Source: Pocillopora damicornis
Lineage: Eukaryota
Reading direction: 5' to 3'
Length of the DNA stretch: 64,000 nt
NCBI RefSeq assembly: GCF_003704095.1
Contig: NW_020845998.1
Coordinates: forward strand, 248,001-312,000
The translations under genes and the position numbers were made by a program. The number at the start of each line of letters is the position of its first letter. The first letter of the stretch is position 1. Of the stretch, positions 26,201 through 37,600 are shown one piece after another. The notes below the pieces were generated by a model. That model made no database searches. It saw only the letters and a program-made list of their open reading frames with translations, and was not told where the DNA came from.

Positions 26201-26682
26201 TCAGCAAGCAGTGGTGTGAGAGAAGATCGTTGGGGGGCATTGTTCTCCCTTTCAATGAAATCAATTGTAAATTGAAACATGTGCGTCAGCAGCTGAAAAG
26301 AATTTCTTTGCAAATGAACGGAAACAATGAATGAGTTTAAACTTCAACATCGTCAAAATAAAATTCCCATACTTCATTTTGATCTGCTTTCTGATTTCTA
26401 CGTCAGTAAACAATTGCTTATTTTATATGTCATAATGAGACGTTTAAGTGAAGTGAAAAAGCGACAGGTTTTTTCGGGAACGTTATAGTCGAAATCACAT
26501 TTTGTAGCACTTTTGGAAAGGAAATCTTAGAAACATTCGACTTCCAAGTTCCTTTTTTTCCATAAGCAATTAACAAAGGCTTTTTTTTTTTTTGTACCTG
26601 GTTTGGGTTTGTGGTGATGTCGGGGCCAACCATCTACCAAAACCACGGCCAAGAAAACCAACCAAAACTGACAATGGGACAT
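23269..26682 (-). CDS. Gene D: secreted protein with two copies of an unassigned domain (Y) and a charged repeat region; interrupted by an assembly gap
   Basis: Exons 26682-26598 (MSHCQFWLVFLAVVLVDG|WPRHHHKPKP), 25113-24793 and 24494-24066, then gap 23472-24044, then 23471-23269 reading SGENHQKVVGKMDP...CPDKPCPPGQSGSEGKGHH*. All donors are phase 1; minus-strand AATAAA near 22400. Confidence 0.8.
23472..24044. other. Assembly gap (N run) inside gene D
   Basis: 573 Ns. Confidence 1.
24271..24408 (-). repeat. 75-bp coding tandem repeat, 2 copies (SLTLDEExQxRPKQKPTKxDxxxE)
   Basis: ttcttcgtctagtgtaagactc and ttggtttttgctttgggcg-like blocks each occur twice, 75 bp apart, in exon 3 of gene D. Confidence 0.9.
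25320..25520. mobile_element. MITE-like repeat family 3 in intron 1 of gene D
   Basis: Ends AACCCCATTGAGACCCTC with internal CCGTTAG/CCGTAAAA sub-repeats; reverse-oriented relative at 31216-31412. Confidence 0.65.
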
Positions 26683-27600
26683 GTTGTAATGAAAAGATCT
26701 CTATCTTCAAGTACGTATCAATGTCACCGAGTTCAGCTGTCTTTCGATTTATAAAATTCTGTTTTTGCCCCCGAACCCGTGACCCAAAACCTTTTCACGC
26801 TTGACATCATGCATTAGTTATTTCATTACTAAGATAATCGTGCTCGGATTTAAACCAATTTAATGGTGTTAAATTCTATTAGATCATCTAGTACTTTTTA
26901 CAGGCATTTTTCGCTTTTAAACACTACGATTTGAGACTAGAAGTATAAAACACTTTCAGTATTATGCCTTTATGTCAAAGTTAAGAATAGACGGCTGTCA
27001 ATGCTTTAAGAAATTTGTAAACATATCGTCAAGGTATGTACCCGCCTTATTCAGTGAGCACCACTGCGCCACCCGATGGGTCAATTAGATGGTAATTAGC
27101 GGTTTAACTGTTTACTTCGATTCATGCAAGATACTGCGCTCTTTTTAGTTAAAAAACGCAGTCATCATTGCTTACAACGCACGTGCAAATGTAACGCTTT
27201 TCAAAATCGTTTGTGTTTCTCTAACCGTTAAATTTGGTTTGTCGAACCGTCTATCAGTTAAAAAGTGCCTGGCTAAAAGATTCTAAGAAGCGACAGGTCA
27301 CATTTGTGCTTTGTTACCCTAGCAACTTGTTGATTGTCATGAGCAATAGATATTCCGTGAGTGATTGAAATAAACCCCGCGCCGTCGTTAGCGATCCATG
27401 ACAGCATGTGGTTGCATGAAAACATGTCAAGAATTCTCAAGTTCATACTTGTAAATAGCCTGTTCCTCTGCCAGCCGAGGGATGCGCAATGAGTTTAACG
27501 ATACGGGAAAGAATTCCTTTTCCCAAACCTATGTCCTCTTTTTCTTGATGATGTCCCTTTGCTAAGCTGGTCACGTTGCACCTAGACTCTATTCGCTCAC

Positions 27601-27745
27601 TACTGTCGAACCTGTATTAAGCGGTTACCCCCTCTTAAGCGGCCACTCCGTATTAAGCGGTCGGTTGTCAAAGTCCCGAATCTCTACCCCCTTAATTACT
27701 GCAGTTCTAAGTTTTATTTAGCGGTCACCTCTATTAAGTGGCCCT
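27601..27745. mobile_element. Probable Tc1/pogo-type DNA transposon end
   Basis: TA-CTGTCGAACCTGTATTAAGCGG start with repeated (T)TAAGCGG motifs, resembling pogo/Tigger-type termini. Only one end is clear. Confidence 0.4.
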
Positions 27746-28568
27746 AGTCACCCTTTACTGAGTCCCAACGGCCTGTTTATATTGTCATCCACCTGTAAAG
27801 AACGATTACTTAAAGTAGAAGTACTCAAAGAAAACAAGGGAGAATATTTCAAGTTAAATTTCATGCTTGTTTATCTCCCGAAAATCAGTGTTAGTAGTAT
27901 TTTGAGCGAGGTTTTGTGTATTAAGTGGTCAATCATTGCATGAAATTGTGTTTTTTATCATTTTTTTTTAATACCCCTATAATGTGGAACCTGGTAGCGG
28001 TGAACCTGTATTAAACCAGGTGCAAGTGTTTATTGCTCAAAGAAATTAATTTGCGTCCGGCCATATTGACTACAAATCAGCAACGAAGTAACGAAGTCGT
28101 TTAGCCTTAGTCTTTACCGTAGCTTCTGTTTGGTACCCAGCTAGCCTTATAAAAAAAAAAAATTATGCAAGCGTTTCTTTATTATTCCTCTCACCTCATG
28201 AAATTAAAATAGTGAAAAAGAGCTGTTAGTTTCGTCCTACGGAAGGCTGGCTAAATCAATGGTGGCAAGAGAGACAAAGACGCATACACAACTATTTTTC
28301 CAAAAAATAGATCCCATGCAGTTTAATGGTCTTCTGCCGGCAAGGGTAGAGTTAAAAAAAAAAACCCTCGCACAGTAAATAAACAGCCACAGGGCCAAAA
28401 TTAGAAAATGAATACGAAAAATTTTTATGGAAAATTTACATTAATGACACAAATTTTGCCTTTTTAAAATTCAAGAAATGTTTTGATCACTTACCTCACC
28501 ACAAAGCGAGGCTGTTTTGAGAATTCGGCAAATTTTTCTTTTTTGCGCCATGCTGTTGTACTCACCGG

Positions 28569-28783
28569 CCCTCTACATCCTAACATCAGTATGCATATTC
28601 TCCATAGTGTTCCCTATACATTTTCCAAGGTGCCGTAGAGGAGAATTTGTTAAATAACCAAGAGCATCTCTAGTTGGTGATCATTTCCTTTATTCTCATA
28701 ACGGTTATGTGTGATTCAGGGGTTATATTGTAGGGAGAAATTATAGCTGCTAGTCACGTGATTCTTAGGGGTCAAAAGTTTAA
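28569..28783. mobile_element. MITE-like repeat family 2 relative
   Basis: CCTAACATCAGTATGCATATTCTC is the reverse complement of GAGAATATGCATACTGATGTTAG at ~63396 and similar to ~63520; TGATTCAGGGG matches CCCCTGAATCA at ~60930. Confidence 0.7.
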
Positions 28784-29518
28784 AGAAGCATGATTTAGGA
28801 TTTTGATTATATTTCTTTATTTCTGTCTTAGAAGGTATTACCAACAATTAGCAAGTTATGCAGGGAACCTATGGAATTATGTAAATAGAATAACTATAAA
28901 CTACAGAATCCCATGATGATACACGTCTATTTGCCATTAAATAATCTGCTCAAATTTAGCTCTAGCAAAAATGTCTTTAAAAGACTTAAAAGGAAACTTA
29001 CAATAACTCTGCAAAAGAAAAACTGCGGAAACTCAAACGAAGAGGAAACAAAAACATGGTAGGAACATAACACAAAATTGTTTTATACCAAAAATTGATA
29101 ATCCGTTACGGCAATACTGCAGAGGTTTTGGTGATGAAAGTCTTGTCACTGGAATTGCTGAATAACCCTTTATGACATGCAGGACATCGCAAGCAGAATT
29201 TGAAAAAAATTGAACCTTTCGAAAAATATATCGACGAATGTTGCATGCTCCACAAATCAACTTTCTCCTCATCTACAAGGATGTCTAATTTGCCAAAAAT
29301 GAAATTGAAAAGTGAAGCTACAACGCACGAAGCTGGCTGAAGAAATCTTTAAACTTAACTTTGAACAAATTTTGAGATTCGCTTCACAACAGAAAAAAAA
29401 TTCTCTGGTAAACAAGAGACTAAAATTAAAGTTTATAGTCTATTTCTTTTTCTTTTTACTTCTATTTTATGTTTAAGTTTTTCTTTCAATGGATAACAGT
29501 TAGGATCTTGGGTCGGTT

Positions 29519-32287
29519 TTACTTCGAACAGAGTCTGCACTTGAGCCGGCAGTTGGTCTGCAGCCACGTTTCCCTGCAGCGGTCATCAGGATAAATTCTA
29601 CACACGCTGTGGTCAGAACAAGTTTGAGGTGCTGTTGGATTTGAAAGAGAATGATTATTAATAAAATTTAAAAATTCTTAATTTCTCATGAGTTTTGAAT
29701 CTTGCTTTTGAAGGAGCATTAGAATGTGAGAGTACAAACAGTATACAGCAATTTCATTACCGCTGTAATAGGCAGCCGGAGCGGGGGCTGGAGGGGCTGA
29801 GACTACTGGAGCTGGCTGCGAGTAAGCTGATGCGGCAGGAGCAGCCTGCACAGCCTGGGCTGGTGACTGGGTTTGAGGAACTGCCTGGTCAGCGCTGGGT
29901 GTTTTTCGAGGAGCAGCTGGAGTCTGGGTGGACGCCGCGGAATCCTTGGAGGGCGACTGCTGAGGTGCATTTTGGGATAACCCTGGCGTGCTCTGAGGGG
30001 CAGCTGGAGTCTGGGTGGAGGCTGTTGAATCCTGAGAGGGGGGCTGCTGAGGTTCCTTTTGGGATGAGCTTGAATCAGAAGCAGGGGCCTGGTCTTGAGG
30101 AGCTGTGTGATCGGCACTAGGCGCGCTCGGAGGGGCAGCTGATGTCTGTGGTGAACTAGCAGCATTGGTCTCTGTTGCATCCTTGGAGCTTAGCTTCTGA
30201 GGTGCATCTTTGGAAGTTGCTGAGTATGTAGCATTTTGAGAGGTCGTTTTATCTGATGCATCCTGAGAAGTCGAAGGACTTGTCGAATTCTGCGAGGCAG
30301 ACGGCTTTGATACTTTCTTGGATGTTTGTGTTGTGTTCTGGGAAGCAACCTGATCTTGGGGTTTGTCCTGTTCATCTGTGAAAGAAAAAGACAATTGTCA
30401 ATCCAGGTTCATCCCTCGGTTATTTTTTAGAAGGCTCATACCTTTAGAATTCGTCTCAGACTTCTGAGCAGCACTTTCCACAACTGCTTCTCCTTTGGTA
30501 ACCCTCATCCTCTCCTTATGGTTTCCTTCGATGACCTCCACGCTTGGCTTTGACGAATACTTGACTCCCTTTTCAGGAACATCAATCTCGATATTTTCAA
30601 TGAGGGGTTTTGTTATATTTTGCTTTAACACCATTATTGGTTTAGCGTATTCTTTGGTGGAGTTGCTTCTTGGTGGCATGATGCGGATTTCCTGGATCTG
30701 TGGGACACCATCTTTTAACTTTGGCTTGACTCTGATTGTATACTTTGCCTCGAGGGGCTTAGGTCCCGAGGCAGGAGCGACTAAGTCCGCCTGGAACTCG
30801 GAAACCTCCGGGGCATCGTCAGCACTCCCTGTTACATCCTTGAGGTCTGTAGCTGTGGTGTTCCCGCTTTCCTCTTTTTCAAATGAAAAGGGGAAAGTAT
30901 CAAACAAAGAGGCCCATATAATAATCGACTAAGCTCAAATCCATTGAAACTTGCAAAGCCACCTAAAAGAACACTCTATGTATTTCAATGGTTTCTGACG
31001 ACAATTTTTTAATTCTGCAAATTCATACTTTTTCCCGCTTTTCGAAATTAGTTTGTTAGTTTGCTAAAATTGTGGCTAAAACAACAGAAATGTTCTCTTT
31101 TGAAAATGTTCGATTTTATAGTCAACAGGTGTAACGAACTGATAAATCCAATAACTGAGGCGCTCTTCAAGGCTGCGTGTTGGACCAAAATCCTAACTAT
31201 TGACGAAGAGACCATGAGAGTCTCGATGAGGTGATGGCTTTTACGGTTAATCAATTGGACAGTTTACGTCTAACGGCTAATATAATTCCATGGTGGTCAC
31301 CACGGTTTATTTTTTTTACGACTAACGGTTTAAAACATTTTTCAATTTTTACCCCTTGCGGCTAAATTTTTTGGACGTTTTACGACTACAGGTTAACCCC
31401 ATTGAGACCCTCGGCTATGGAAGAGTATTTAGTTTGCTGTCATAGAATGTGTTTCTTCTGAGTAACTTGGTTCTCATGATGACAAAAAAACAGAGCAGAA
31501 TTCTGCCGCTGTTTTACCACCTACGCTATTAACAAAGCCTACGAATTGAAAGCCAACTACTGGTACTTATGTCAAATCCGACACGCATGATCAGTTACTA
31601 TATAAAAACTGTGGTGAAGAATGTTCTTCATGTGAAGATTTTCCACTCATATCAAAAGCTAAATTTTGAAAACACTTTTAAATTTACCCTCGCCTAACTG
31701 TTTCATAAGAATAAAGTTGCCGCTTTCATAAGACTTACACGTGTTTTTGTATGTTAAACTTCTTCCCAAATTTTCATAAAAAACGCGATCGCAAGTCCAA
31801 CATTTTTCATATTTACTGAAGAAAAAGCCAGCCAAAAAATATGAGTTTTGTTTGATAAAATAAGAACCTCATGTCAGAAGGATTGGACAGGTTTCATCAA
31901 CTCCAGATTCAAGTATGAAAACATTATTTAATTATGGATTTTGAACTTTTTCCGAGATCGAAGCAAGTTGGCCTTCCTAATGATTTCTGGTCATCTCTAT
32001 GTTTTGGCCTCATCCAGAATCTTTTTATATCACATTACTTTAGTGTTTATTCCTTTTCCGTTTTGGATCAACAAACTGACGAAGTTTAGTCTGAATTCTT
32101 GTTTTTCTTTAAGCGGTTTCCGAATCTTACCCGTTGAAATCATGTTATGTAGGCCAATTCCAAATTATTTTGACTTTAAAACTGGTAGTAACCAACCAAA
32201 GTGTCAACACTTACCTCGAGCAAATCTTTGGATATTTCTTCCCTCGGTTAGGGCTAAGCACACGAATAACAGGACGATTTTTATCAT
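29519..32287 (-). CDS. Gene C: secreted protein (~410 aa), signal peptide - unassigned domain X - S/T/Q/A/P low complexity - C-terminal ShKT
   Basis: Exons 32287-32215 (MIKIVLLFVCLALTEG|RNIQRFAR), 30873-30442, 30375-29761 (contains an ~87-bp internal repeat, STQTPAAP x2) and 29631-29519 (CSDHSVCRIYPDDRCRETWLQTNCRLKCRLCSK*). Total 1233 nt in frame. Confidence 0.88.
31216..31412. mobile_element. MITE-like repeat family 3 in intron 1 of gene C
   Basis: GAGAGTCTCGATGAGG start and AACCCCATTGAGACCCTC end form inverted termini; TTTTACG/CTAACGG sub-repeats. Confidence 0.65.
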
Positions 32288-32699
32288 TTTTTTTCGAGAG
32301 TAGGCTAACGTTCACTTTGTCACTAATGGATTTCCCTGCCAAAGACTGACAAGTTTGAAGATGTCAGCTCACGAAAATTTTAGGAAGGCTTTTTACTGGT
32401 GACCTTTCTGCTTAATGGGCTGGAAACATCCCTTTGTTACTTTAAAAACCTACCGAGCTTATACGTAGGTCCATCGGCATTTCAAACAAAAAACAATTAT
32501 CGCATCGGATGGTGAACACGCCAGCTTTTCCATTATTATCGCTTGTAAGTAGAAACTTTAGATCTATTGCTCGAGTCCATATCTTCCATAATGCACGTGG
32601 GGCAGTATAAATGAACATTTCGTCATACAGTTAAGAAAACCACAGTGACGGGTTTGTACCGGGGAGTAGCCTTGGATTGTACAGGAGATTGTCAGGGTT

Positions 32700-32880
32700 A
32701 AAGCAGTTGTTGGTAACAGTAACTGACGTTTCGATGAATTTTAGTGGAAGTCATTGACAGAGTCAAGTGACGCTGATGATGACTTCCACTCAAGTTGCCA
32801 TAACGCTTCAGCCACTGAAACTGACAATAACTGACAACGGTTTTTTCAGAACTGCTCTCCTCTGAGTGGACGATCACATT
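32700..32880. repeat. Degenerate palindromic element (Penelope-type/hammerhead-like relic)
   Basis: AGTGGAAGTCAT (~32743) and ATGACTTCCACT (~32779) are perfect inverted arms extended by looser pairing. CTGATGA lies on one arm and GAAAC on the reverse of the other. Confidence 0.45.
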
Positions 32881-34667
32881 CCAACGTTGTGTTTAGTCAA
32901 GTAGGTATGACTAAATAAATACTAATAATGCGGGCGACGAGTTTTAATGCTAGCTTTTAACCGTATACGTATCTAGATCGCTTGCAAGTCGCGTTATGAT
33001 GAAAACAGGAAATGAAATTTCTAATGCAAGCTGTTCAACGTTGGTTGGGCCACTAGCACTAGATTTGGGGCAACAGAAGAAAATAAAATTTATAATTTTC
33101 TGAACATAAGAGCATTGGGTTCGAATAAAAGGATACTATCAGCAAATTCCCTGGAGCAACGCTCAGGGGCGTGGAGAATGTTCCTTTTAATTTGTTCATT
33201 AACGCATTTCTTCATTCATTCAATTATCCTTTTTGTCATCTACTAGCACGTTCATTCAAACTTAAGTTCGTTTGTTAATTCAATAAATAATGTACACAAG
33301 AAAAATTACGTGCTTCTGATTGGGTGAAAACGAATGCATTCTCATACAACGCAAGTGCAAAATTATAACACGAGTACAAATTACAAATAGCGCGCGCACG
33401 CTTTCAAAATTTCGTCTGCTTTGACTTTCTCTGTTGTTTTCTCATGTACATTGTTAAAAAGTAAAATCGTGATTTCTCTTGCAATTTGGAGTAATAAGCA
33501 CTTGTAAATTTTTTTACAGACTACAAACTGCACGTGCCTAAGGGTTCGTGCATATTTTTGTCTTAGAAAAATTTTATAAATGTCCATTTATACTTACCTA
33601 TACAAATTCTTTCCTTGATTGGTCCACGATCATGCATTTGCTCGTTCGTAGATTCAGAAATTCTTCCCTCCCGATTTGTTCAACGATCATTTACTGCCGA
33701 GCTGAGCTCGAAACACATGTACGTTCATTTATGACGATTTTTATTTAAAGAATAAACATGCACTTCACAAGCAAAATAGAATTTAGTAATCCAAAAGATG
33801 GCATTTGTATTCATAGAATAGCTATATGTTTGATTCACGATGACCTCTCACCACTGATTCACGTCTCTGGAAAAAAACCTGTGATTTAATTAAGTAATCT
33901 AATAATTGAATATAACACCGCACCTAGACGATTTTAAAACAATACTGATGACTCGATTTTCCCTAACTGAACTGAGAACAGCAAGCTGCACATTACAAAT
34001 AGCCTTGTGCACAAAAGAGATCAAAGTTAGTTATACTAATTCCAAATTAAGGTCGATTCTAATCTACTGCTAAATCAGTAATGAAAACCACAAGGCAAAG
34101 CCATAAAGTGAAGTAACGCCATCAGCTGACTTGAAGCCCTAAGAGTTTTTTTATCTACAGCTGCAGTCACGTCCAAAACCTGAGAGAGAAAAAATATACA
34201 AAATCAGGTTTTCAAGAATATCCAGTTTCTTTTCGTGTTCACTTGGCTGTGGGACTCTCCCCTTTGACATGAATATGTCATAGTTTGACATTCTTCTCCA
34301 CTGACAAAAATTTTCCATTTTAACCACACGGGCTTTTTTTTTTCCTTACACCTTAATTGCTCCGGTATAGAGGTGACGGACCTATCGTCTCCAGCCAAGT
34401 ATTGTTGCCGCTTTTTTCTCGTTCTCGTTTTGAAGCTAAAGAGCCACATCTACCCACCCTCCCCTTCCTTTGCCGTAAAAACAGGATTACGGCACCCCAT
34501 AAGCCTATTTTGTTGTTATGATAACAACTTAGCAGCTCGTTTGAACTTGACGTTATTTGGTTGGTTTGTATGTTAACGGTAATTAAAGATCTTCGTGCTT
34601 AGGAGAATACCTTTATCTCTCCTCGCTTTCATTCAAAAGTAAACCAAAATGCATACCTTTTAAGTAT

Positions 34668-37600
34668 TTAACATAGTTTGCACAAGCTCTTGCAGTTTTC
34701 TCTCAACCACGGATCTGCACAACGATCAGCGGTGTATGGTGCACATCTGCCATCATCAGTACAAGTTTGGGCTGTGAACAACACATCATTAAGCAAAATT
34801 ATGCACAATTCGTAACAATTCAACAATAATAATGATACAGACTTAGTAACTTACTGCTGGTATAGGCAGCAGCTTGAGCAGCTGATGTATCGGCCTGAGT
34901 AGTTGCAGCGCTGGTGGCATCGGTTTGGGTTGATGTGGTAGCAGTAGCAGCTTCAGGAGCTGCAGCGGTGGCTTGGGCTGTTGTGGTGGCTTGGACTTGG
35001 TCTGCCTGGTCAGCCGATGTTGCAGCTTGGTTGTCTAATGGAGACTGACTCTCTGAGTTTGTTTGATCTTGGGTGGCGTTGTTTGAAGCTTCTTTTGTTA
35101 CTGGGGAGGATTCAGTCTGGTTGCTTGCAGTTACATCAGTTGCCTCTTTTTCGGGCTTTGACCCTTTAAATTTCATATTTAAACAAAAAACGATGCAACT
35201 CAGGAACTTACATCAAAAGTACATCAGTAAAAACAACATTTGTTGCAACTAAATTGATTCTTTTCTTCACATCAGCAATCAACTCAAAACAAACGTAGGG
35301 GTAAATTGCGATCTATGGCTGATCTATAAGAGAGATAGAAGCTTTTAAAAAAATACATGCTTTAGACCTCTCTACCTACAAGAACTCCTCCCTTTCCATT
35401 GTAAAAGATCATTACAGCAGATCTACACCCTCCATCCTACCTTCAGGCTCCGTCTGAGACTTCTGCACGGGATCCTCTACTATGGCCTGTCCCTTGCTTA
35501 CTTGTAACATCTCTGTATGATCTCCTTCAATGACCTCCACACTTGGCTTGGAACTAAATTTGGCACCCTTTGGTGGGATGTCGATCTCAATATTCTCAAT
35601 CATAGGCTTAGTTATATTTTGCTTCAGCACCATAAGTGGTTTTACGTATCCTTCGACCCCAGCCTTGTTTGGAGGCATGATGCGGATCTCTTGTGTCTGT
35701 GGCACGCCGTTAAGTAGCTTAGGCTTCACTCTGAGAGTGTATTTGGCCACAAGGGGCTTGACTCCGGGGGCTGGTGCAACCAGATCCGACTCCAGGGTGG
35801 CGTTCTCCTTAAGATCGTTCACCTCAGATGGATAAATCTCTTTGGTCTGAGTGGCTTCAGTGCGGCTCTGCGCATCCTCGGCTGCAGGAAAGTAAACCCG
35901 TGTTCGAAATTAGCAATATGTAAGACTGTGAATAAATGTGAAACGTTGATTTGTTAAAGGAAAAAATGTTGAGCTCGTGATCAACCAAACATCTTGACGA
36001 CTTGCTTACTTTTGCAAAGGTTGCATCTCTTGGGACAATTGATCTGCCACCAGGTGTCGTTGCAGTTTGAGTATCCATAGGCACAGTCTTTGTACAAGTC
36101 ATTGCAATAAACGCCGAATATGTGGGTCACTGAAATAAGATAAATAAAATATCTAATACATGCAATCTGAAATGGGAGGCTGAGTTCTTTTCTCATGGAG
36201 AAAAACCAGTGGTTCGATTTTCAAATTTGATAATAGGGGCATAACAAATGAGAAAGAGTCACACTTTTACCCATAATGCAGATTAGGGTATTTCCTGTGA
36301 GTACAGAAAATTTTCTTAATGCGAAGCCTCGCTTTTTGCTGTGGTCCAGAAATTGCAGGTTTCATCTACTGATTATTGCTGTGTTTTCCTCAACACTTAG
36401 AGAACAGAGGAGTATTTTACAACTCAAATTATATATTTCCATTTTCCAGCGTACGGACGCCTTAATCATTCGAATATACGCAAGAAGATGAACATGGGAC
36501 CACTTACATGGTGGAGCCTTTGGCATATCAGGGCACTTCTTGCAACCTTCTGGTCTCGGCTGTTTCTTGCAACACGTCCACGGGTAATCAGCGGCATTGT
36601 CAGAATCCGCCTGTTGTGGGTCTACAATGACATCCTGAGTAAAGGACTGTCCAGTAGACGTCAGATCTAAAGTACCTGGACCAGACAAAGTAACACTTGC
36701 AGCATTAGGGCTAAAATTTCCTTGCATTTTACTCGACTTATCCGAGTTGACAAGATGAAGTTTGTGTTGTGAAGTTACCTCTTCTTCTGATAAGTGGAAT
36801 GGTGACAGTGGTGAAGCATTCGGCGATTCAAGTGTTTCCTCTGTGGATGTTTTGTCTTTCAGAAGCGCTGATATGGCCAATGCGTTTGGTGATGATGTAT
36901 TTTGTAATTGTGGACTAGTTTGATTTTGTGCGAGTGCTGATGATTGCGTCAAATTTTTTGATAATGAAGAATTCTCTGACAATGACGTGTTTTGTGACAG
37001 TGTTGAATTCTGTGAAAGTGGCTCTATCCATGGTTGAGACTGATTTAATGAGGTGATGTTACCTTGTGCAAGAAAAATTAGCGTCTCCAGTTAGCATTGC
37101 AACATTGAGCAAAACGATAATGAGAACAACACAACCATAAACTACTGATATCAGAGATTGATCCCCAAGGCAGTAAAACTCGTATTGTGGTCTAAAAGAA
37201 GAAATACTACTCGGGACCAAAAAAAGAAACACCCTAACCAACAGAGCAGACAAAAATGGTAAAAAATTTCATTTGTGATTGAGAAACATAAAAATGTATC
37301 ATGAAAGAGATAATTAAATATGTAATATGTGAGCTTCCTTTGTAGTAGGCAAAAACAGTATTTAGGTGTGTACATTTGAAAACAAATTGTATTATAATGA
37401 CTAAATCAATAGAATATCAAACTTATCCATGTCATTAGGAAATGCAACAGCTGTGCTGAACTTGATTTACCCCAAAACTAAGCAAGAGAATATCAATTAA
37501 TATTCTCTTGTACTAAGTGAGCGTTACCTGTAGCAATGGTCTCGTTCGAGGTCGTATTTCCCGCAGTAAATGCTCCAGCCATGATGGTCTGGTTTGGTTG

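Noticed and set aside
28495-28551. ATG-containing segment with a strong donor (MAQKRKICRILKTASLCGE|gtaagt), minus strand
   Set aside because: Phase 0 and not a signal peptide; gene D has a proper first coding exon at 26682. It may be a UTR exon or chance.
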